Shown: positions 49,257 to 58,032 of the stretch, piece after piece
Layout of the letters: each line of letters opens with the position of its first letter
How positions within the stretch are numbered: position 1 is the stretch's first letter
Origin: an uncultured bacterium
GTDB taxonomy: Bacteria > Fidelibacterota > UBA2242
NCBI GenBank assembly: GCA_964605705.1
Contig: CAZSDW010000017.1
Location: 245-64,244 of the forward strand
Reading direction: 5' to 3'
Length of the DNA stretch: 64,000 bases
Position numbers and translations under genes: made by a program
Notes under the pieces: generated by a model
Databases searched by the model: none
What the model was told of the DNA's origin: nothing
The model's input: the letters and a program-made list of their open reading frames with translations, nothing else

Positions 49257-51687
49257 ATCTCAAACTCTCTACCGGATTCGCAGTCGCAGCTCGAATCGCC
49301 TGCCAGCTTACTGTCAGCATCGCAATCACCAATGCCGATAATCCTGCCAATAGGAACGGTAGTATCGTTATATCAATCCGATAGGCGAAATTCTGCAGCC
49401 ATTTGTTCATCGCACAATAAGAAACAGGACAAGCGATGATGCTGGCAATGAGCACCCATTTAGCAAAACTCTGCGAGAGAAGCGTAACAATACCGCTAAC
49501 ACTTGATCCCAAGACTTTGCGAATTCCGATTTCTTTGGTACGTTGGGTAGTCATAAAAGCAGACAGCGCGAATAATCCCAGGCAGGCAATAATAATCGCC
49601 AGCAGGGCAAACGTGCTGAAAATATACCCCAAACGCTGCACGTCGGTGTACATCAGGGCGAAATTTTCATCTAAAAAAGTATACCTGATGGGCTGGTTGG
49701 GTGAAAATCTGTTCCAAACACCGGTTATCGAATGAATAGTCCGGGACATATCTGATGTATTTATTTTTACCGATACAATGCTTGGACTATTTCGCAGAAC
49801 AAAACATAATCCTCCGATTTGCTCCTTTAAGGATTCATAATTAAAATCTTCGACTATACCAATCACTTCAAAGGCATGCCATTGATTCTGAATCCGTTTC
49901 CCGATGGGGTTTTCCAAACCTAATTCCTTTGCCAATGTCTGATTGATAATGGCAGCTTGTGTATCGGTGGGTCTGTCGATCGCAAAATCCCTGCCTTCAA
50001 TAATATTTATCCCCAATGTTTTGATGTAATCATGATCCACTTTCCAGAATTGTCCGTAAACAGGAGAATCCGTGGTTGATTTTCCCTCTTTCCATAAGGC
50101 ATTTCCGTCGCGTTTGGTTCCTTCTATCGGCAAATAATCGCTGATGGAGACGTTTTTCACTTCCGGTAATTTCAGGAGTTCATTTTTAAAAGTGGTAACC
50201 TGATCGCCTATGGTATTGGCTCCATGTAAAAGCAAGACTTGTTCTTTATCGAATCCTACTTTTTTGTTGAGGATGAAACCGACTTGGTGATAGATAATCA
50301 ATGTGCCGGAAATTAATATGATGGAGATGGTGAATTGAAAAATGACCAATCCACTGCGCAGCTTCGAACCTTTGCTCCCTCGGTTTAGAGTTCCTCTTAA
50401 TACAGTGGCGGGCTTAAAAGACGACAGATAAAATGCCGGGTAAAGACCTGCCAATATTCCTATAATAACCGCTGAAAAGGCTAACGACGGTATTATCCAC
50501 CACCATTCTGCCCAGGGGATACTCAAAGATTTCGCGGACAGCATATTAAAATAAGGTAAAAGTACCTCAGCCAGCAGGATTCCTAGAACGAACGAAAAAA
50601 CACTGTAAAGTACTGACTCTGTCAAATACTGCGCGATAAGATTACCCATGTTCGAGCCAACCGTTTTTCGGAGCCCAACCTCTTTGGCGCGGCTTGCTGA
50701 TTTGGCAGTGGAAAGGTTTATAAAATTGATGCTGGCGATGACCAGAATAAATCCTGCAATAATTCCGAACAGCCAGACGAAACGGATGTCACCATTGTGT
50801 AGTCCATCTTCAATTCCCGCTGATTTCAGATGGATATTACTCACCGGTTGTAATTCGTAGGTGATTAGATCGGCGAGTTTTTCCGCGTCAGCATACCCAT
50901 CTTGTTTCTGACTTGGAATGATGTATTTTTCAGTGATACCTGCAAACTTTTTCTCCAATTGAGCAACATCTGTTCCTTTGTGTAGTTTGACATATACATC
51001 ATAACTGCTTGATCTCCAGTTTTCCTGTTCGCCTGGATAAAATCCGCCCTCTATCGAAAGCAAAAATTCGGGTCGGAAGTGGGAACGAATCGGGAAGTCG
51101 ATAACTCCTGTAACTTTATAAGGTTTTGACTCATTATTATTGATGATAAAGGTTTTGCCAATTGGATTCTCATTGGGAAAGTATTTGTCAGCCTTTTGTT
51201 TTGATATGACAATAGTGCCAGGCTCGTCAAGGGCGTGGGCTTGAATGCCATCGACCATCGGCAATTGAAATATATCCAAAAGTCCCTGATCCGCATAGGC
51301 AAATCCATCTTCATAGGTGTTTTGCATTTTGTCGGTGGGTCTGATTTCATTGCTTCCCGCTCCAAAAAAATCGGTTCGGTTCAGGCGCCCAGCCCGCTCT
51401 ACTTCAGGATAATCTTCTTTCAATGCTTTGGCAAGTGGGGCAGGGAAAGCCGTCCCCTTGAATTTATCTCCATTGACATTGTATACCAGCACAACCCGGC
51501 AAATCCGATCTCCATCAAGAAAATGCTTATCATAACTCAGTTCGTCATGAATAAATAATGCAATCAGCAAACAGGCAGCAATGCCCAGAGCAAACCCACC
51601 AATTTTAATCGATGAATACATTTTATGTCTGATCAGATTTCGCCATGCAGTTTTAAGATAATTTAGCCACATCTTTGTTATCCTCAT
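49249..51687 (-). CDS. FtsX/MacB-type ABC permease, double-FtsX (paralog P8)
   Basis: ..MWLNYLKTAWRNLIRHKMYSSIKIGGFALG.. ; ..ATANPVESLRYE. Confidence 0.85.
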   Translation of the reverse strand: MRITKMWLNYLKTAWRNLIRHKMYSSIKIGGFALGIAACLLIALFIHDELSYDKHFLDGDRICRVVLVYNVNGDKFKGTAFPAPLAKALKEDYPEVERAGRLNRTDFFGAGSNEIRPTDKMQNTYEDGFAYADQGLLDIFQLPMVDGIQAHALDEPGTIVISKQKADKYFPNENPIGKTFIINNNESKPYKVTGVIDFPIRSHFRPEFLLSIEGGFYPGEQENWRSSSYDVYVKLHKGTDVAQLEKKFAGITEKYIIPSQKQDGYADAEKLADLITYELQPVSNIHLKSAGIEDGLHNGDIRFVWLFGIIAGFILVIASINFINLSTAKSASRAKEVGLRKTVGSNMGNLIAQYLTESVLYSVFSFVLGILLAEVLLPYFNMLSAKSLSIPWAEWWWIIPSLAFSAVIIGILAGLYPAFYLSSFKPATVLRGTLNRGSKGSKLRSGLVIFQFTISIILISGTLIIYHQVGFILNKKVGFDKEQVLLLHGANTIGDQVTTFKNELLKLPEVKNVSISDYLPIEGTKRDGNALWKEGKSTTDSPVYGQFWKVDHDYIKTLGINIIEGRDFAIDRPTDTQAAIINQTLAKELGLENPIGKRIQNQWHAFEVIGIVEDFNYESLKEQIGGLCFVLRNSPSIVSVKINTSDMSRTIHSITGVWNRFSPNQPIRYTFLDENFALMYTDVQRLGYIFSTFALLAIIIACLGLFALSAFMTTQRTKEIGIRKVLGSSVSGIVTLLSQSFAKWVLIASIIACPVSYCAMNKWLQNFAYRIDITILPFLLAGLSALVIAMLTVSWQAIRAATANPVESLRYE

Positions 51688-51727
51688 TATTTCTTGGTTA
51701 ATAATAATTAATCATTGTTCATTGAAT

Positions 51728-54109
51728 TCATTCATACCGCAAACTCTCCACCGGATTTGCGGTTGCCGCCCGCATCGCCTGCCAGCTGACCGTCAACAAG
51801 GCAATCAACAAGGCTAAAAAACCGGAAAGTAAAAACGGCCAGATGGTTAAATCAATCCGATAGGCGAAATTTTGTAACCATTTGTGCATCGCATACCAGG
51901 CAATCGGCCAGGCAATTGCATTGGAAATAAAAATCCAGATCATATACTTTTTTAAAAGCAGAAACACTATCTGGAAAATTTCTGCGCCTAAAACCTTTCG
52001 GATACCGATATCTTTAACTTTTGCTTCAATTATAAACGCGGTTAAGCCATAGAGACCGAAACACGCAATGAATATGGCCAGCATCGAAAAATACTTGAAA
52101 AGCGTACCCATGCGCTGTTCGGCAAAATAATTCGCATTCAGACTTTCATCAAAAAAATAGAAATTGAACGGTTCCGAAGGAAAAAAAGATTTCCATGTTT
52201 TCCGCAGGTATGCAATACTCTCCCGCGCCGCCATTGGTTTGACGCGTATGGATATCTCACGATAATAAATATTTTTCTGCACCGGATCCGGAATTCTTAG
52301 AACCAGGGGTTCTATGACATGGTGTAACGAACCGAAATTAAAATCCCGGGTAACACCGATAATTCTTCCGGTTCTACCCCAAATTTTTAATTCTGCCCCG
52401 ATCGGTGATTGCAGCCCCATTTCCTTTTGGGCAGCCTCGTTGATTACATAGGCACTGGTTTCATCCGAGGTAATTTGATCCGAATAAAACCGCCCTTCTT
52501 TCATCTCGATTTTATAGGTTGCCGCAAAATCGGGATCAACATGCAACAGCCAGGAAACGTATCTTTTATTTTTTCCCTGCCAGTTGACATCTTCCGTGCT
52601 GCCGATTGCCTTCATATCCAACGGCTCCGAACGACAAACATTCAGAATATTCGGATTCGAGAGAAGTTCGTTCTTGAAAGCCTGATAGTCATTAAAAATA
52701 TCGCCCTTGACCTTGATACAGACGACATTCTCTTTGTCATAACCCAAATTTGTATTACGGATAAAATTCATTTGGTTGAGAACAATTACCGTACAGATAA
52801 TAATGGCAATTGATAAAGTAAATTGGAAAATAACCAAGCCTTTTTGCAAATTAAGTCCGTCTGAGTGAGTCTTAAAATTCCCTTTTAGAATTTGGGTTGG
52901 TTTGAATCTTAAAATAAAAAAAGCAGGATACAAACCGGATACGACACTGGTCAGCAGGGTAGTTAAAATGAGGGTTATTATAAATTTCGGACTGGCATAA
53001 CTAATAGACAACGAATTGCCAAATAATTGATTCAGTACAGGAAGAAATAATTCGATAATCAGCAGGGCAATCCCAAGGGCTATAAACGTCAGCACCAACG
53101 TCTCTCCGTAGTACTGGAAGAGCAGGTCCTTCCGTTGGGCACCAACCGCTTTCTTGATTCCGATTTCGCGGGTTCTTTTCAGGGAAAGGGCATTCGTAAG
53201 ATTGATGTAGTTCATGCAGGCGATCAATAAAATAATCCCCGCAAACAGGCTAAAAATATAGATATATTTGATATCTCCGGTTGAAGTAAAAAAAGCCAGG
53301 TTATTGGAATACAGATGAATTCTGGTTATCGGATGCAGAACATAGGCGGTGGTTCCTAAATCCAGGTCTTCGGTGTGTCTTTTCTCACAGGCTAAAATTT
53401 TGCTTTCAAGTTCGGATTTATTAATCTTATCTTCCGTTAGAACATACGACTGAACATCGTAATTGTACCACTCATCCCACCGTGCGCCGAACTGATTGAT
53501 AAAATCTATCGGAATAAAGAAATCTCTTTGGATGTGGGAATTATGCGGAATATTCTCAATAATACCAGTCACCTTCATCGTTCTTTTCTGGCCCAGAAAG
53601 GTCAATGTCAGCGACTCTCCCAGTGCATCCTGACGCCCGAAATATTTTTGACTCATTCTCCGCGTGAGGACAATGGAATTGGGATCATCAAAAGCGGTCT
53701 GTGGATTTCCTCCGAGAAAAGGAAAAGAAAAAAACTCAAAAAAGTGCGCATCCGTCAATGCAAAACTTTCTTCGAATCCCTTTTCGTGATATTGCAGAAA
53801 CGGTTTAAAGGATTCCGGCAGAAGGGCAAAACCGATGGCATCAATAATTTCAGGGATCTCCGATTTCAGAGCCGGTGCCAGCAGTTTTGAGGTGATTGCC
53901 GATGTTTTACCATTTTCGGTCCGCAGCACCATATAGATGTCATCGGCATTCTTATGAAATCTGTCATAAGATAGCTCATCCTGCACCCAGAGCATAATCA
54001 AAATAAAACCAGCCAATCCCACCGCCAGACTAAGAATGTTAATCAGGGAATATTTTCTATGCTTGACCAGATTTCTAATAGCAATCTTAAAATAATTTTT
54101 AAACATCAA
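51728..54109 (-). CDS. FtsX/MacB-type ABC permease, double-FtsX (paralog P9)
   Basis: MMFKNYFKIAIRNLVKHRKYSLINILSLAVG.. ; ..ATANPVESLRYE. Confidence 0.85.
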   Translation of the reverse strand: MMFKNYFKIAIRNLVKHRKYSLINILSLAVGLAGFILIMLWVQDELSYDRFHKNADDIYMVLRTENGKTSAITSKLLAPALKSEIPEIIDAIGFALLPESFKPFLQYHEKGFEESFALTDAHFFEFFSFPFLGGNPQTAFDDPNSIVLTRRMSQKYFGRQDALGESLTLTFLGQKRTMKVTGIIENIPHNSHIQRDFFIPIDFINQFGARWDEWYNYDVQSYVLTEDKINKSELESKILACEKRHTEDLDLGTTAYVLHPITRIHLYSNNLAFFTSTGDIKYIYIFSLFAGIILLIACMNYINLTNALSLKRTREIGIKKAVGAQRKDLLFQYYGETLVLTFIALGIALLIIELFLPVLNQLFGNSLSISYASPKFIITLILTTLLTSVVSGLYPAFFILRFKPTQILKGNFKTHSDGLNLQKGLVIFQFTLSIAIIICTVIVLNQMNFIRNTNLGYDKENVVCIKVKGDIFNDYQAFKNELLSNPNILNVCRSEPLDMKAIGSTEDVNWQGKNKRYVSWLLHVDPDFAATYKIEMKEGRFYSDQITSDETSAYVINEAAQKEMGLQSPIGAELKIWGRTGRIIGVTRDFNFGSLHHVIEPLVLRIPDPVQKNIYYREISIRVKPMAARESIAYLRKTWKSFFPSEPFNFYFFDESLNANYFAEQRMGTLFKYFSMLAIFIACFGLYGLTAFIIEAKVKDIGIRKVLGAEIFQIVFLLLKKYMIWIFISNAIAWPIAWYAMHKWLQNFAYRIDLTIWPFLLSGFLALLIALLTVSWQAMRAATANPVESLRYE

Positions 54110-54135
54110 TCCTCCAGATACTATTGTTCATTGTT

Positions 54136-54159
54136 CTGTCAGGTCCTCAGACCTGACAG
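54136..54159 (-). other. perfect 10-bp-stem hairpin (CTGTCAGGTC-CTCA-GACCTGACAG) in the P10-P9 spacer
   Basis: Read from the sequence. The reverse complement of CTGTCAGGTC is GACCTGACAG. No downstream U-run, so it is probably an mRNA stabiliser, processing site or attenuator rather than a full intrinsic terminator. Confidence 0.45.
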
Positions 54160-54167
54160 ATTCATTA

Positions 54168-56639
54168 CTATTCATATCTTAGTGCCTCCACCGGATTCGC
54201 CGTCGCTGCCCGGATCGCCTGCCAGCTTACCGTCAGCAGAGTAATCAATAGCGCCAAAATCGCCGCTAATAAAAACGGCCAGATGCTCAACTCAATTCGA
54301 TAGGCAAAATTATGCAGCCAGTTTAAAATCAAACAGTAAGCAATTGAACAAGCGATGGCAATCGCGATTACAACCCAGATAAGAAAGTTTTTACCAATTA
54401 AAAAGACGATCTGGCTGACGGTAGAACCCAGCACCTTACGAATCCCGATCTCTCTGGTTCGTTGTTCGGTACTGAAAGTAACCAGTCCGAAGATACCAAG
54501 ATAGGCAATCAGAATCGCCAGGACGGAAAAAATAGCCAGGATTTCGCCCTGCTGTTTTTCTGCCCGATATAAACCGGCGAACATTTCATCCATAAATTCA
54601 TATTCAAACGGATTATCGGGATAGATTCGATCCCAGGTGTTTATAATAAAACTAAGCGTTCGATCAACGTTCCCCGACCGAATCCTGATAATAAATACCT
54701 TCAGGAAAAAAGGCTCGTATATATAGACCATCGGTGTGACTTCGTCGCGCAACGATGAGTAGTATAGATCATCAACAACACCAATGATCGGTCCGCGCGG
54801 CAGCGTTATGAAATTATTCTGCCAGTTGAACATGAGCCCGAGGGCGTTAGCCGGATCGTTCAATCCCAGAGATTTTACGGCTGTTTGATTTAAGATATAG
54901 TTATACTCGTTGGCATTGAGATATTCCATTAATTCATCATGGTTTTTGACTAAATATTGGATCGGACGGCTTTTCGCTTGCGGCAAGAAGTCATGCCCCG
55001 CCCGAAAGCGAACCTGCATCTCCCGAAAAAAATTATCGTCAACCGGCAGAATATAAACGACTCTTCCCGATTGGTCTGGTGGAACTCCTTCGACTGTAAC
55101 GAAGCCGCCATCCAGCACCGGTTTAGAGGGTTCGTCCATCGCAGCGGTAATCCCGAGGATGTCGGGATCCTGTTCCAGCGCAGCTTTAAAGTTTGAATAT
55201 TTCGAAACGATTGAGTTAGTCAGGTCTTTAAGTACAATCGTTTGATCGGTCCGAAAACCGAGTTTTTTATTTCTCAAATAGCGATATTGTTGATAATTGA
55301 CAATGGCGCAAATGACCAGCGTAATGGAGATGATAAATTGCAGAACAATCAGGATTTTCCGGACAACGCCACGTTTCTGCCTGACATTAGCCGGAAGTAA
55401 TGTTGCCCCTCCCTGCGACTGTGAACCGAGAAGCAGTTGGTCTACCGATGTCAAAAACATTGCCGGATAAATTCCGGCGACTATCCCCGTCATCAGAATC
55501 AAACCGGCAAATAAAAAAATACTCGGAATAGAGTGGAGCGGATTAGTATCGAGAATATTACCAACCAGCCGATTGAAACCGGGGAATAAAAGTTCGACCA
55601 GGATCAAGGCCAATATTCCAGCCAGAATAGCATAGGTAATCGCTTCCAGCAAATAATAGCCAATCATTTGTCGCCGATTAGCACCGAGAATTTTCCGAAT
55701 ACCGGTTTCTTTCGCCCGCTGCCCAAACCTGGCGGTTGATAAATTCATAAAATTGAAACAGGCAATTGCCAGCATGAGTAGCGCTACAACCGCCAAGATA
55801 TAAATATTGCGTACATCGCCATTAACCTGCAACTCCCGGTCAAGATGAGAATGCAGGTGAATATCGGTGAGTCGCTGAAGTCTTAAAAAACTATAGGGCA
55901 GTTCCTCGGCAGGGATATATCGGCGAAGAAAATCAGGGAATTTTCCTGCCAATTTGCGAAAATCCGCATCAGGCTTGAGTAAGAGATAAACATAAGCCCA
56001 ATCCTGCCGTTCCTCAGGACTTCGATAGGATGCCAAAAAGTGAATGTCAATATGCGAATTTTTCGGAACGTCCCGCATTACTCCGGTAATCTTATAACCG
56101 GTCAGTTCTCCCGGCTGATTGCCAACCACTTGAATCTCCCGGTTAAGGACGTCGGTATTGCCAAATAATTTAATTGCCATAGCCTCGGTGATGACGACGC
56201 AATAGGGATTAACAAGCGCGGTTGCCGGATCACCCTGAAGCAGCTTAAAACTGAACACCTCGAAGACATTCGGATCAGTCACAAACCACTTCTCATCCCG
56301 CATCTTGAAATCGTCAATTTTCAACTCCCGGATCGGAAAAGCCTGGAATCTGATCAGATCTTCGATCTCGGGAAATACATCCGGCAGATCGTTAATCCAG
56401 GTTTCCGGAACACGGGCAAAGTGACGCTGATATCCACCAGGGTGATCATACTTACGGGTGACCCGAAAAATCCGGTCTGCATTTTCATGATAGCGATCGT
56501 AACTCAGTTCAAAACGGATGTAGACCGTGATGAGGATTACTGCCGACAGTCCGATGACTAATCCGAGCAGATTGATGATAGAATACAATTTTCCACGATG
56601 GAGATTTCGCAGGATAGATTTGAGATACGCTCTAAACAT
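54168..56639 (-). CDS. FtsX/MacB-type ABC permease, double-FtsX (paralog P10; first permease of the operon)
   Basis: MFRAYLKSILRNLHRGKLYSIINLLGLVIG.. ; ..ATANPVEALRYE. 12 nt downstream of the small secreted protein gene. Confidence 0.85.
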   Translation of the reverse strand: MFRAYLKSILRNLHRGKLYSIINLLGLVIGLSAVILITVYIRFELSYDRYHENADRIFRVTRKYDHPGGYQRHFARVPETWINDLPDVFPEIEDLIRFQAFPIRELKIDDFKMRDEKWFVTDPNVFEVFSFKLLQGDPATALVNPYCVVITEAMAIKLFGNTDVLNREIQVVGNQPGELTGYKITGVMRDVPKNSHIDIHFLASYRSPEERQDWAYVYLLLKPDADFRKLAGKFPDFLRRYIPAEELPYSFLRLQRLTDIHLHSHLDRELQVNGDVRNIYILAVVALLMLAIACFNFMNLSTARFGQRAKETGIRKILGANRRQMIGYYLLEAITYAILAGILALILVELLFPGFNRLVGNILDTNPLHSIPSIFLFAGLILMTGIVAGIYPAMFLTSVDQLLLGSQSQGGATLLPANVRQKRGVVRKILIVLQFIISITLVICAIVNYQQYRYLRNKKLGFRTDQTIVLKDLTNSIVSKYSNFKAALEQDPDILGITAAMDEPSKPVLDGGFVTVEGVPPDQSGRVVYILPVDDNFFREMQVRFRAGHDFLPQAKSRPIQYLVKNHDELMEYLNANEYNYILNQTAVKSLGLNDPANALGLMFNWQNNFITLPRGPIIGVVDDLYYSSLRDEVTPMVYIYEPFFLKVFIIRIRSGNVDRTLSFIINTWDRIYPDNPFEYEFMDEMFAGLYRAEKQQGEILAIFSVLAILIAYLGIFGLVTFSTEQRTREIGIRKVLGSTVSQIVFLIGKNFLIWVVIAIAIACSIAYCLILNWLHNFAYRIELSIWPFLLAAILALLITLLTVSWQAIRAATANPVEALRYE

Positions 56640-56651
56640 AATTATTTGAGA

Positions 56652-57167
56652 TTATTGATTGTACTGTGATAAGCCCGCATCATGATTACCGTTGTTGAAA
56701 AAATTCTCATTAATATATTTCAGGAAAATCAGTGTTGCATTTTTGGTGTCTTTATTGTTTGACTGAATTATCGATTCGGGAATTTCTGAAGATTCTGTAC
56801 TGTTCAAGATTAACCGAACCAGCTGAGCATGATTTCGGACAGTCGGCGAGGAACTGGATTCAGCCAGATTGTCCAGGCATCGGATGACTTCTATCTTATC
56901 CAAATCCGGTCTGATATAATCCGTAATCAAGAGATAATTCATTAAGCTCAGCTGTTTCTGCGGAGTTTGGGAGTTGACCATAGAGACAAAATTTTCATAA
57001 AAATGCGCAGGTTCTGCTTCCAGTGATCTCGCAACGCCATCAGCGGACAGGATCCAAGATAGAAAGAAAAGCGCGAATAACCATTGAATGAACTTAGACA
57101 TGAAATATTTCGGCTTGATTTTCGGTGACAATCTGTCCATCAAAAAGATGGATAATCCGGTGACCAT
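56652..57167 (-). CDS. small secreted protein of unknown function, translationally coupled between the ABC ATPase and permease P10
   Basis: The probable true start is MSKFIQWLFALFFLSWILSADG at ~57101 (signal peptide), which overlaps the ATPase stop by a few nt. ~125-aa mature protein with no recognisable domain. Confidence 0.5.
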   Translation of the reverse strand: MVTGLSIFLMDRLSPKIKPKYFMSKFIQWLFALFFLSWILSADGVARSLEAEPAHFYENFVSMVNSQTPQKQLSLMNYLLITDYIRPDLDKIEVIRCLDNLAESSSSPTVRNHAQLVRLILNSTESSEIPESIIQSNNKDTKNATLIFLKYINENFFNNGNHDAGLSQYNQ

Positions 57168-57783
57168 ATTCAGCGTTTGCTGGAGAGTGCGTCACCATGA
57201 TGATAGTTGTACCGTTTTTATTTAATTCAGAGAGTATATTCATAACTTCATCACCATTGGAAGAATCCAGGTTTCCGGTCGGTTCATCTGCCAGGATAAC
57301 TCTTGGATTGGCGATTACCGCCCGGGCGACCGCCACACGCTGCTGCTGACCGCCGGACAACTGCTGAGGAAAATGGTTTCGCCGATGGATAATATTCATC
57401 TGTTCGAGTTTTTCTTCGACCGTTGTCCTTCGCTTAGCAGCCGGGACACCGAGATAGAGCAAGGGTAATTCAATATTTTCAAAAACCGTCAGCTCATCAA
57501 TCAGGTTGAAACTCTGGAAGACAAAGCCGATATTGTTCTTGCGCAGATTTGCCCGTTGTCGCTCTGAATAATTGGAGACCTCTTCATCAAGGAAAAAATA
57601 TTCGCCCTTGCTGGGATTATCCAGCAATCCCAGAATATTCAGAAGGGTTGATTTCCCGCATCCGGAAGGTCCCATAATTGCCACAAATTCACCCTCTCTG
57701 ACCTCGAAATTAACCTGGTTCAGTGCGGTTGTTTCCACTTCTTCGGTTCTGAAGATTTTCACCAGTTCGTTTGTTTTAATCAT
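57094..57783 (-). CDS. ABC transporter ATP-binding protein (MacB/LolD-type ATPase)
   Basis: 229 aa. Walker A GPSGCGKST, Q-loop, signature LSGGQQQRVAVARA, Walker B ILADEPTGNLD, H-loop VTHS. It is the only ATPase in the 40 kb permease block. Confidence 0.9.
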   Translation of the reverse strand: MIKTNELVKIFRTEEVETTALNQVNFEVREGEFVAIMGPSGCGKSTLLNILGLLDNPSKGEYFFLDEEVSNYSERQRANLRKNNIGFVFQSFNLIDELTVFENIELPLLYLGVPAAKRRTTVEEKLEQMNIIHRRNHFPQQLSGGQQQRVAVARAVIANPRVILADEPTGNLDSSNGDEVMNILSELNKNGTTIIMVTHSPANAEYGHRIIHLFDGQIVTENQAEIFHV

Positions 57784-57821
57784 TATTTTGTCCTTTCAAT
57801 TTTTCACTTTTTGTACTTAAT

Positions 57822-57842
57822 TGATGACAAAGATCCTGCCAA
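57822..57842 (-). promoter_or_regulatory. weak sigma-54-like -24/-12 candidate (TTGGCAGGATCTTTGTC) upstream of the ABC ATPase
   Basis: The minus strand reads TGGCAG-N5-TTTGT ~40 nt upstream of the ATPase ATG. The -24 GG is present, but -12 is GT, not the near-invariant GC, so support is weak. Confidence 0.2.
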
Positions 57843-57894
57843 TCAGTTAATCCGTTGATAATCAGGTACTTAACGTATTTATTGACATCCGGGC

Positions 57895-57933
57895 TGTGTA
57901 AATATTATACGACGATTGTATAAATTTTACACA
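57895..57933. promoter_or_regulatory. near-perfect 39-bp palindrome TGTGTAAATATTATAC-N6-GTATAAATTTTACACA in the divergent intergenic region; candidate enhancer-binding-protein/regulator site
   Basis: Read directly from the sequence. The 16-bp arms match 14/16 as reverse complements. It lies ~110 nt upstream of the ATPase start and ~100 nt upstream of the response-regulator start. Confidence 0.4.
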
Positions 57934-58032
57934 TTTTATATTTACTTAATGGATTAAACTCCTTACTTTATGTTCAACGAAATGGCACTATTTTAAAAAT
58001 ATCTTTCGATTTTACAGGAGCGGGAGATTAGT

